NCBI GenBank assembly: GCA_036172245.1 | Contig: JAYWIR010000050.1 | Span: forward strand, 310,001 to 374,000 | DNA length: 64,000 nucleotides | Origin: Raillietiella orientalis | Taxonomy: Eukaryota | Reading direction: 5' to 3' | In this document: positions 1 through 10,989 of the stretch, in pieces | Position numbering within the stretch: position 1 is the stretch's first letter | Layout: every line of letters begins with the position of its first letter | The notes under the pieces: model-generated | What the model was told of the DNA's origin: nothing | The model's database searches: none | The model's input: only the letters and a program-made list of their open reading frames with translations | Made by a program: the position numbers and the translations under genes

Positions 1-2153
1 GAGTTTTGGTCAAGTGTTTGTGATGAGGAGACAGATTTATCAATTGAGCTTTCAGAAGCTAAGGAGCAAGGACGCCCCCCAGAAAGAACTTCTATGCATT
101 ATGCACAAGGTGCACTTCAGTTTCTGGTGCCCATATTAATACAAACGTTAACAAAACAGGTATACTCCATAAATGTATGTTGTTGACTCATTAGTGATTA
201 GGAAGAATATGATGATGAAGATGATTGGAACCCAAATAAAGCAGCTGGAGTTTGTCTGATGCTTTTAAGCAGTTGTTGCACGAATGACATAATTCAGTAT
301 ACATATCCATTTATCACGAAAAATCTAAAGCATCCTGAATGGCAGTACAGAGATGCTGCTGTTATGACATTAGGTAAGTTCTACTTTCAGTTAACCAGTG
401 TATGAGTGGGTGGCATTAGTATTGACCACTAAATGGCTTTGATTTTAGGGTCCATTCTAGATGGCCCTGACTCAAGTTTATTACAGCCAATAGTGGAAGA
501 TGCTGTGCCTACTTTGATTGAGCTCATGTATGATAGCAGTGTGGTGGTCAAGGATACGACTGCATGGGCAATCGGAAAAGTGTGTGAGGTTATACCTGAG
601 GCTGTGAAAAAAGATTTATGTCGTCTTTTGGAAGCCTTAGTTGTTGGGTTAAAAGCTGAGCCGCGTGTTGCTGCAAATGTTTGTTGGGTGAGTGAGATTC
701 CAATCTTTGTTAAGTACACATGATTCTGTGTGTGTGTAAATACATACATATACATATACAATGCACGCATATACAGATATGTGCATATATATATATGGAT
801 ATATAGTTATATGACCCAACTGATAAATTTCTTGAATCATTGCATGGGATTTTTTCATGTGCAGGCTTTCACAAGTCTTGCTGAATCTGCTTACGAAAAT
901 GCAGAACTTCTGGAGAATGAAAGTGAGCCTTCTACATATTGTTTATCCAAATACTTTGATGTCATCATGCAAGAACTATTGCAAACCACAGAACGACCTG
1001 ATGCACAGGTAGTGTCACCTGGAAATGTTGGCATTGCTCAAGGTCCCTTTAGGGCAATTTACGGAATGCTGCATATGAAGCTCTTATGGAAATGATCAAG
1101 AACTCTCCAAAGGATTGTTATCTAAGTGTTCAAAGGACGACATTAGTAATCTTAAGTCGCTTACAACACATCTTGCAGATGGAGCCACATATTCAGAATG
1201 CCACTGACCAAGCCCACTGTCATGATATTCAGTCCTTGCTATGTGCTACATTACAAAGTGTGCTTCGTAAAGTGACACCAGATGATGCTCCCAGAATATC
1301 AGATCCCATTATGATGGCTCTACTGCAGATGCTGAGCAATTCCTCATCTAAATGTGGTGGAGTGCAAGAGGATGCACTTCTGACTGTTTCTGTTTTAGTG
1401 GAAGTGTTAGGGGAAAAGTTCCTCAAATACATGGATACTTTCAAACAGTACCTGATTCTAGGACTGGAAAGTTATTCTGAGTGCCAAGTTTGCTTAGCAG
1501 CTGTTGGTGTTGTGGGAGACATTTGCCGTGCTATTGGTGTTGAAGTTTTAGTTTATACTGATGAGATTGTAACGATTCTTATTTCAATTTTGCATAATTT
1601 GGAAGTGCATCAATCAGTCAAACCTCAAATCCTGTCTGTATTTGGTGATATTGCTCTCGCCATTGGTTCTGAATTTCGTCGTTACTTAGATGTTGTAATG
1701 AATTATCTAAGACAAGCTTCTACTGTGGAAATAGATAAAGTATGTATTTTCTTCATTGATTGTCCTGTAATCCACTTGTTTCAGAACGATACTGACGTGG
1801 TAGATTATTTATCTGAATTGAGGGAAAGCTGCCTAGAAGCATACACAGGCATTGTTCAAGGTCTAAAAGCTGATGCAGGTCTTTTGCAACCTTTTGTGAC
1901 AGACATTGTTTGTTTTATTCAAACAATTGCTCAAGAACGTTGTAAAAATGATACATATATATCATCTGTTGCTGGTTTAATTGGAGATTTGTGTCAGATT
2001 TACAGTGCAAGCATTTTACCATTATTAGATAAGGAACCCATCCATGTTTTATTAACAGAAGGCCGTCGTTCCAAGAATTCCAAAATTAAGTCAGTGTCAC
2101 AGTGGGCAACAAAAGAAATCAAGAAACTTAAAAGCTCGAACTTCAGTTGGTGA
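1..2153 (+). CDS. KPNB1: Importin subunit beta-1 (karyopherin beta 1), 3' part; the 5' end lies upstream of the window
   Basis: Exons 1-159, 202-373, 449-687, 865-1008, 1053-1739, 1785-2153 join in frame through GT-AG introns of 42, 75, 177, 44 and 45 nt. The translation has importin-beta hallmarks: [10 protein letters not shown], the acidic loop [98 protein letters not shown]. Confidence 0.97.
727..806. repeat. Degenerate TG/TA/CA dinucleotide microsatellite in the KPNB1 intron at 688-864
   Basis: tgtgtgtgtgtaaatacatacatatacatatac...gcatatatatatatggatatatag; it accounts for much of the extra length of this intron. Confidence 0.8.
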
Positions 2154-3024
2154 GTTGCAAAATGTAGTAACATCAATAATGTGTGCTTTGTGTAGATTGC
2201 AATCTATGAGTTAATCGCTGTTGAGCCTACACTTCAATAAATTTATTTTGCAGACGTCAGTTGACATTGATTTTAAAAATCAAGGCCTAATCAACAGTTT
2301 TCAAATTGAATTATAGTTCTCATGTACACTGTATATAAAATATCTATGTTGATTTTTTCATACATGTTTTTTATGAATGTGCAGTTCATTTACAAAAGCA
2401 ATGCTAAGCAATAATTCACTAACTGTGCACACACCGTTGCATTTTATGTAATAGGATATTACTAAGAATTTGTGTTTCGGAATTTGCATGTTGGGTGTTT
2501 TAAAAACAGCCTTCACGTTATATAGTTAAAGAATTTTCGTTCTCTTGGACAAACGGATTTCACATCAGGAGATTCAGTACGTAGTCTGTTTTACTGTTGA
2601 CCACTAGCATCGCGCCTACTTTTTCCTTTGGTCGGATCCACATTTAGCTGACGGCTTCAAGTGTGCCTCAGCATCCATGCATCGAAGAAATTTACAGAAA
2701 CGCAGATGAAACAGAAGGGATCGGCGGAAAGTTTTGTATCTGAAATTTTTTGCAGTTTCTAATTGCAGTAATATGAAAACTTTGGGTATCGTCGTGGCAT
2801 TTTGGCGTACGGTTTCGATAAGTATCCCCCCCCCCCCCCAGCTTGGTTATCGACTGGTATGCTTGTACATGCAGAAGCAGTACTTTCTCAAGTACGCCAC
2901 AGTAAGCAAAACCCAATGCGTTCTGTGAGCACTGTATTTTGATTTTAGTGAAACTCGAAAAACCTCGAACTGCAATAAAGCAAGATTTTTGTGCCATGCT
3001 TGTTTTATTTTGTTGTTAGGATGA

Positions 3025-5046
3025 CTAGGCACTCAGTTGCAAGTCCAGGAAGCTGGGAGGGGGGGGGGAGGGGCAGAGTGCACCTGAGCACACATTTATT
3101 TGCATAGAGTTGGCCCCCAAGATGTAGGTGCGTGACTTGAAAAAAAATGGAGCCGCACTCCTAGGCCATTTTCGTAGTACAATGTAATTTACCAAAAACC
3201 ATCCTAAAAAACATGGATCACGCAATGTCAGGAGAGACGGAATTTACCGGCCACTACTGTGCAACCACCAGCACCCCGTATTCATTCATACAAGAAGTCC
3301 GACCGACCGTCAATTGCTGCTGGAAGGCAACGACTCTGGGAGATAAACGACTTATTTGGATGATGTGCTCGAGACGGCGTTGAGAGTTCCTATACTCCAA
3401 ATCACAAGTTTTCCTTGAAACTTGCGCTAGCCCACTCTTGTAACGATAAACCATTGCATTGACATAACTAACCATGGTATGTATGAAAGTCGGAAAGTTA
3501 TCCTGAAGGACTATTTCCAAAGAGCTTCTTGTTGTCACTCCATTCTGCAGTTTACATACGTATATGAGGGAAACGAATGCATGGGAATATCCCTCCTTCC
3601 TCTCCTCATCCGTAACTTGCAGGGAACCAACCATTTTATAGATTTTAGTCAAAATCGTGTTCCGTGCAACCGCAAATTGCAGTTGATGTTTGGTGCCCCA
3701 CAATGTGTGCTTTTATATTTCATTATACAAGAGATATTACCGTTGGATTATACAAAGGAACCTGTCATTCATTCACGTTTTCATTTTCATAGGTTGCCAA
3801 AAGAAAACCTCACACAATGCCATGTCCATTATTCTACTTTGGAATAATCCAATCCAAACATTCGCTTTTCAGCTTTTACTCAGTTTTGAAGAATTTCTTG
3901 GAAGTTTCTCACAGGCAGAAACCTAGATTTATTTTCTAGAGAGTATGAATAAGGAAAACTCGTCTCAATAGGAAGCAAAAATACTTCGAAGAATGAGTAA
4001 AGAGAAAACTAAAAGAAGTATCAATGTAAACGAAATCACGTGCACTGTAGTGCACGCGTATTTCCAGCAACAGTGTGAGGAAGGCAATGTCTTTCGTGTT
4101 CGCATTTGAATTCCCCTGATTTATCGAATTGTAATTCTGTGAACAAAACAGGAGACCCCTGAAGAAAAATCCTTCCAGTTTGTTGGCTACCGAAAAAAAC
4201 CTGAATTACCTAAAGTGGAACTGACAGCCCTGACGCTTGAGGTCTCCGCAAAGGCATCGTCCATCCACTCTCCCCACGGAGACGGACAGGATACCACTTG
4301 TGGACGAACTGCCGCCAGGCAGTTCACAGCTTGCAAGTCACCTTGGATAACAGCTTGGAAGTTCACGTTCCGTCTCACCGTCGTCCCCGAATCTGTGGTT
4401 CTTCCCCAGACCGAGTGGTTGTCGAGGAAAGATTGCATGCAACGCGTGGCGCGGCAGCAAAGCCGGCAAAACTTCACCTCTTGAACGGCTTTTGTGAGGG
4501 GACGCTTTTCCGTTCCCCCATCGACAGACTTGACTGCAGTGGCAGAAGTTCCTTTCCACGCAATTCAAAAATAGTACACCAGAGAAATTCGGAGGCTGCT
4601 TCAGATTCCTTAAATCTCAAAGTCAGTTTCACGCTAATATGCTCAGACCGCGTACACATGAGTGGGAGAAGATTCGTGATGTTCCTCGTACCCTTCCTGA
4701 ACGTGAACTGCTGCTGGTCCGATATCCGAGCAGCCCTGTCGGTGTTTTTCTGGTGTCTCCAAAGAACGACACGGCTAACCGACACCCTGGCATACACCCC
4801 GAGTGATATGATTTTTGTCGCGCCGCTTTCGCGCCGTGTGCACGGCAAACTCACCGAACACCACGTGCCCCTGAGGATAAATTGGAGGCAATTGGACGTC
4901 AGTACGGTCAATTCCGAGCACAACCTCGAAATTTACTTTTGCAGCAGGCTCTTTGGACAGTGCTTGGTGTTCGGATTTCGGTGTACATAGGAGCGCCTAC
5001 CACGGCTTGTTACTTATATGCCACCACCATCTGTAGCTTTTCCATG
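3025..5046 (-). pseudogene. Multi-exon gene-like remnant of unknown family, divergent from ACAD9
   Basis: The minus strand gives phase-consistent protein-like blocks between GT..AG pairs (NVNFQAVIQGDLQAVNCLAAVRPQV / VIQVFFGSQQTGRIFLQGSPVLFTELQFDKSGEF / FLPVRNFQEILQN*VKAEKRMFGLDYSK / VPLYNPTVISLV**NIKHTLWGTKHQLQFAVARNTILTKIYKMVGSLQ / NGVTTRSSLEIVLQDNFPTFIHTMVSYVNAMVYRY), with internal stops. No homologue recognised and boundaries are approximate. Confidence 0.4.
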
Positions 5047-5300
5047 TAGTAAAAGAAAACGTCCCCCTTTTTTTTCTTTTTCCTTCTTCGAATGGGCAAA
5101 GAAGTGTGTTTGGAGTGGTTCTGCAAGTTGCAAGAAGAGCACATCTCGCTTAAATGATTGATTGGATCTTGAATGGGATGACAAAATGTGATTGGAAGTT
5201 TAGTTCCTGCTGATAACTCATGTTAATTTGAATAATTTGTTTAGGTACTGTCTTGGTGACAATATTCTGTTTATGGTAACGGAAGAATTCATAAGTGTTA

Positions 5301-8300
5301 ATGAATTCTTATCTCAATCTTTGGAAGCCCTTGGAAGTTGGCATTTACAAAACAGATTGGAAACGGATCATAGCAAACAGTAGATATGCATTAAGAAGGT
5401 TATGTACAAGCTCGGCATCCTACCAGAATGTATCTGTTGAAAAAAAGTCATCACAGGATGTGGTAGCATCCAAAAAAATATCAAAAATGTCATCTTTCAT
5501 CCAGGAATTGTTTATAGGCAATTTTTACAAGGATATGCTTTCATTTCCGGAAGTCCTAAGCCCAGCCTCTCATGAAAAGTTTCAAACAAAGTGTAGAGAA
5601 ATAAATCAAATGTACAGGGACCATGGTAAGAATCCTATAGAAAGAATTTCCCCCATTAAGTGGTCGTCGTATTGCCTTTTTTGCTTTTCAATGTATGTGA
5701 TTTCTGACGTGATAGAAGACATTGAAATTTCAGTTTTTTTTTAAGACCCAAAGGAAACACCATCAGTGCAGATAATTAAGTAGATCACTGGTATTTTTTT
5801 ATGTAAATGTAATCCATGCTTTAAGGAAAAAGTCGAGCTCTTATTTTGGTATGCATATGTGCCGATATTATCACACTTCTTTGTACAATTTCAAAGATTT
5901 TATTTTATGTGAAGTCACATGAATTTCATTGTTTTTTCCCATAATTTGTTGTCATCTCCTCTACTGGTTTACAGATACTCCTTTGCAGCATTGTTTTTTG
6001 TTTTTGTTTTTGTTTTGCTTTTTCATGAGGAAAACCTGGTTGATTTGCAAACTAGATTTTTTTTGATCTCTTTATTAGTTGTTTGCACAGTTGTTGTTCA
6101 ACTTTGATTCATTAGCCATCATCATCAAGTAATTTTTCGTTTCATTCATATTAATAATATATGATTACCATAAATACAAATTCATTGAGTACTGAGTCTA
6201 TCTGTTGATCATTTTGTTGCTTATTTTTGTTACGAATTGATTGTTGGGTCATAAACTCCACAACTGTGCATGCAATTAAACAATACAAGAGATTTTTCTT
6301 TAAATGTGTATTTCAGAATATTTGCCATAAGAGTTGAGGTGTTTAGTGCATTTTTATTTTTCATTTTATGTTCATATAATTTGTTTTTATATAAAGTGAA
6401 AATAAGGGTAAAATGCACAAATTTCTTTTTTTCCTTTAAAACACAAAATTGTTAATCTCACATTTTTCAACATGAATGTATTGTGGAAATTATTCCAAAC
6501 AGTCATGTATTTTAAAAATTGATGCCTGTGTTTCTTCTGCAGTTGATTCAGGAACATTAGATAGGCAACAACAGCTTTCTCCTGAGCTAATAGAAGTTTT
6601 GAAGAAAGAAGGTTTATTTGGTTTTCAAGGCAGTGAAAGATATGGTGGCTCCAATCTGCAAGCTACAGAATTAAATATGTTATATGAAGAAATTGGGACT
6701 GATTTCTCCATTGGTCAAGTTCTACACAGCCATAATATTCATGTTATAAGGGTAAACTTTCTGTGTCTTTAAGACTATAGATGGAAAATGTATCAATGTA
6801 ATTGAAAATAGAATGGAGTGACTCTTCTAGATTTAGTTACTTCACTGGAGCTAAAATTCAGGATTAATATTCATCTGTATTTGCATAAGAATCCGTGGTT
6901 TCTTGTTTACCAAAATATACATGGGGATTGTTTTATTTTTTGCTCGTGTGTTTTAATACATATGCAACAATACCATGATCGAAATTCAATGTCTTGTGCA
7001 TAAGCACGGATTGTCACACCCACTGTAATCATCTTTCTCCAGTTAATTGCATGTTTCTGAATTGATTATTTATGAGGGCCATCATTGCTTGTTTCATGCA
7101 ATGCTGATGGTTGTTTATAACACATAAAGGACGGTGCCAAATAAATGTACTGCTTCCTCACATCTGGTCATGTCGTTGAAACTGTTTCTGTATCTTTTTC
7201 ACAGTTGTGGATCTTACTATATAATTGTTTCCAAACATGGGCCATATCTATTGGTATCAAAATGCATTTTTTGCATTTGCTCCATCTCTAGTTCCATTTA
7301 AATGTATGTATTTGGGAAACTGAATGTCAATTGATTTACATGAGTCGAATTTCAATCACTGGGTTGTTTTTATTGGGAACTGTGCTTTGCTTTTTGTGAG
7401 ATTCATCTGTAAGCATGAGTTTCTTATATTCAAAAGTCAGCTTTGAAAATTTGCCCCAATTTCGACTTTTTAGGCAATTGAACTGTTGGGGAATGAAGAG
7501 CAGAAATCAAAATACCTACCCAAATTGATTAATGGTGATTTAATTGGTGCTGCATGCTTTGCAGAAGGCCCATGTTTGTATGATTTAGCTGCAGTTAAAA
7601 CTAGAGCAAATCAAACATTTTCATTTGAACCAAATGTTCTGCTTTCTGGACAAAAGATGTTTGTAGTTAATGGCTCCATAGCAAACTTGTTTTTAGTGTT
7701 GGCACAGTCTGAGGTAACCTGCTTGTCATTTAATCTCATTTTTAATTTGACTTAAAGAATTCTGTTAATTCTGTGGATGCATTGGAGCGAAGAATGAATC
7801 TTTACATAGTTGAGAAAACTGATAGCATACACATCACTCCTGTAGCAACCACAGGATTGCGTGCATCCCATACAGCTCATGTTACCTTTAACAATGAGCC
7901 TGTTCCCAAGGATAACCTATTGGGAGCTGAGGACAGAGGATATTCAAATGTCATAAGTCTGCTTAATTTTTCCCGCCATGGCCAGGCAGCTTTGACCCTT
8001 GGTATTTGGAATTTTGGTCTTTTTTCCATTTTAGCTTCTGAATTTATTCATTGTAGGTCCAATGAAAGAAATACTGAAGTACATCACAGAACACACTATT
8101 ATGAGTGAATGTTATGGTAAATATCTTAAAGACTTTTCACATATACAAGTAAGTGTTTCACAATCAACTTCATCATCATCCTAATGTCTGGTAGGAAAAA
8201 CTCTCGAAGATGGCGTGCCTGATTTATGCAACAGAGAGCCTGCTGTACATGTCAGCAGGCATCATAGATTTAGATGAGTATGACAACATTATGTTTGATG

Positions 8301-9164
8301 CAGCCCTAGCAAAGGTATGCCTTAAGCTGTAAATTACAAGATGATGTGAGCAAATAGGTTTTCAGCAGCGAAGCTTTGTGGGATATTGTAAGTGATAGCA
8401 TGCAAATTATGGAGCAGCATGCTTATGTTGTTGGGAATCCCCTTGAACGATGCTTAAGGGATGCACATGCATGCTTGGTATTGGATGGTTCAAACGGTGC
8501 TATACGTCAACTGATTGCATACCATGGTTGGCTTAGTCTTATGCCTAATAACAAACTGTTATATTGTGTTGTAGGACTGCTATATGCTCTTAAAACTCTA
8601 AGTGACAAAGTTGAAAAGTTCCGAAACATAATTCACCATCCTCAAGTGATTGTGCCTTGGTTAATCGAAAAATATCAAAAGAAACTGAACCTTTTTTTAA
8701 AAAGGCATAAGCTGCAATATGAAGTTCATCCTTCACTGCAGGTATTTTATCATTACATTAGAAAGCACTATCGTGCTGTTTAGTTACAAGCTGATGTTTT
8801 GGAAGATTGTGCTAATAAGTTGAAGTCATCAATACTGCATTTACTGGTTCGACATGGAGCTGATGTTGTAAAGCAAGAGATGTTGCTGAGACGTTTGGCT
8901 GATGTTGCAATACAAGTTGCAGCTGTTACTGCATGTGTATCACGAAGTTCCAGATCATACTGTATAGGATTGTACAATGCAGATCTTGAACTCCGCATAA
9001 CAGCAATGTTAACAAGCATGGCAACTCATAAGATTGATTTCCTGGTTCGAGAAATTGAAAGTGGTGAAAATTTCAATAATGACAGAAATCATACTTTTGT
9101 GGCTGATGCAATACTGCAATCTCGTGGATACTGCTTGGAAAATCCACAAAATAAAACTTTTTGA
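5301..9164 (+). CDS. ACAD9: Acyl-CoA dehydrogenase family member 9-like (complex I assembly factor / VLCAD family), mitochondrial
   Basis: Exons 5301-5625, 6543-6751, 7474-7713, 7758-8001, 8057-8148, 8195-8314, 8358-8526, 8575-8741, 8784-9164 join in frame (introns 917, 722, 44, 55, 46, 43, 48, 42 nt). Motifs include SFIQELFIG...FPEVL, GLFG...ERYGG, GNEEQKSKYLPKL, IYATESLLYMSAG, AALAKVFSSEALW, PLERCLRDA and the ACAD9-type C-terminus LLRRLADVAI...SRSSRSYCIGL. The start codon is uncertain; I took the first in-frame ATG. Confidence 0.9.
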
Positions 9165-9171
9165 CACTCAT

Positions 9172-9177
9172 AATAAA
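9172..9177 (+). terminator. Polyadenylation signal AATAAA for ACAD9
   Basis: AATAAA lies 7 nt after the ACAD9 TGA and directly abuts the RPL18A stop codon on the other strand. Confidence 0.6.
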
Positions 9178-10075
9178 TCATAAAAAGTTTGTATTTTGCT
9201 TTCTAACACAAAAGAGAGGAGCCTTGTGATTCTGCTGTACTCGACGAAGTAAAGGAAACTTGATCTTCGAATTATGAAACTGGATAACGTGCTGTCGGCG
9301 GCACTTCTTAGCAGGAATGACCAGCAGCTTGATTATCTTGAAGTGCAATGATTTTTAATTGAAAAAAGTGTGCATTGATTGCGCAAACATCAATTTTCTT
9401 AGTAACACTAAACCAGCACTTTGAAATACGTATTTTGCTAAGACTCGCATTCGTACATTACAACAAAAGTCATGGGTAAAAAAACAAAAAGACAACGCAT
9501 GCATGAACCAAGACAAGCCTGTTGTTGTACCTGAATCGAGGAAGCACGGGCTCGATGTCTGGCTGCCATATCACGGTAACACTGAGTAACAGCGCCCGAG
9601 ACACTCAAATCTCGATATTCTCGATACATATTATGAGTTCCTGATCTTGAATCATAACGAAGCCAAATGCCAAAATTTTTGATTTTTCGAGGATGCTTCT
9701 CTGCGACCTGATATGCAACACTAAAGCCATCAACAACAACAAAATGTACTTACCCTTTGCAAGCACACAATTTCTCCATTAGTCTTCTTGAGCTTTTTTA
9801 ACTGCTTCAGAAAATACCAAAATCGAGACTTGGCGGTTACGGGATCGGGAGCGTAGATTTTCATACGATACAAAGTCGGATTTTTGTCTTTTTCGGTAGG
9901 CCATCTTCTGCCAATTATTTTGTACTCCTTTAACTAAACTCACATTAAATAAAGGAAAAAAAGTAATGTATCAGGCAATGCTTCAAAAAACCTTGTTACA
10001 TCTTCTAATCAGCCATCACAACATTTCAAAAGAAAAGGAATCATTCGAAACACTTACCACTCCCCTGGCCTTCAT
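9178..10075 (-). CDS. RPL18A: 60S ribosomal protein L18a (eL20)
   Basis: Exons 10075-10058, 9933-9754, 9707-9531, 9336-9178 give [62 protein letters not shown]...[53 protein letters not shown]...[19 protein letters not shown]. Introns are 124, 46 and 194 nt. Confidence 0.98.
9965..10025 (-). ncRNA. Candidate small box C/D RNA or K-turn element in RPL18A intron 1
   Basis: The host sense strand reads AATGTT-GTGATGG-C...G-C-CTGA-TACATT: a terminal stem AATGT/ACATT, a C-box variant GTGATGG (10019-10013) and a D box CTGA (9974-9971). The variant G can pair with the C before the D box. It is short and no guide target was identified. Confidence 0.4.
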
Positions 10076-10084
10076 TTTCACAGC

Positions 10085-10115
10085 AACATGCGCGTTACGA
10101 AGGAACCGGAAACGC
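10085..10115 (-). promoter_or_regulatory. Probable RPL18A core promoter / 5' leader with pyrimidine-rich start region and ETS-type CCGGAA motif
   Basis: The minus strand reads gcgtttccggttccttcgtaacgcgcatg about 10-40 nt upstream of the ATG. Pyrimidine initiators and ETS sites are typical of ribosomal protein genes. Confidence 0.35.
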
Positions 10116-10989
10116 CAATATCAGTTGCTCCTGCAATCAGTAATGCAAGAACTTTTAATTCGTTATCTTCTTCATACAGCTGAAACACATCGAACAATCC
10201 CAGTTTTGTAAATAAATTATCGTTTCAATAGAATAAAGTAACCCTTTACACGCTTTATTAGTATTTATCTTATCCTATTTGTGAGCTGTTTACAGATAAG
10301 CACATATCTCTAAATTGTCAATAAGAAACTCTTGCAACACAACAGCGCACGTCACTAATCATAGCTAGAAACCTTTTACGATGTTCCTACGAACCCAACC
10401 ACGCTCAATTTCTCATGCATTCAGAAACTGTAAAGTTAGTCGCTGATTAGTTGGGAAATAAGAAAGTTCCACAAATACTTAAAACAAATCTAATCACTTC
10501 CTAAATCTAATATAAAAGTGAAATCTGTAGACCAGAATACACAGATTTCCAGAACATACACTCTTATTCGGATATCTGGTGAATAGATTAAGAATGGAGA
10601 CTGAAAATTTGTCCATTCTTCCCAAGAAAACTATTATGATTTTAAACGAATACAATAAAATCGTAACAAAGGTCACTGTCGCATTTACTACTCATCAAAA
10701 TCACATTGTATATTAATAATCCAATCCAGAAATTGTAGCATGTACTTCTTCGAATTAATGAAAAACACATGTAAGGGCAAAACGTGTTAGATTAGTAAAA
10801 TCATCTCTAGAATAATCAGAATATTAAACAGAATGCGATGATTTAGAATTATCAGCCAGTGGCTATTAATTATGCAGTCGAATATTAATGACAACGACCA
10901 GATACCTAATTTTATTATTTACTGAATTAGTATTTACTGAAACTTCAAGTAAAACCATATCGTGATCATAACACAGAGCAGACAATCCA

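Noticed and set aside
5225..5244. Unpaired acceptor (ttgtttAG) upstream of ACAD9 as a spliced-leader trans-splice site
   Set aside because: It cannot be distinguished from an ordinary 5' UTR intron acceptor without transcript data.
9988..9999. 12-nt match to the 18S rRNA 3' region (AAACCTTGTTAC, as in the U13 snoRNA guide)
   Set aside because: The antisense version is on the strand opposite the host gene and the C/D boxes, and a 12-mer match to rRNA is expected by chance in 64 kb.
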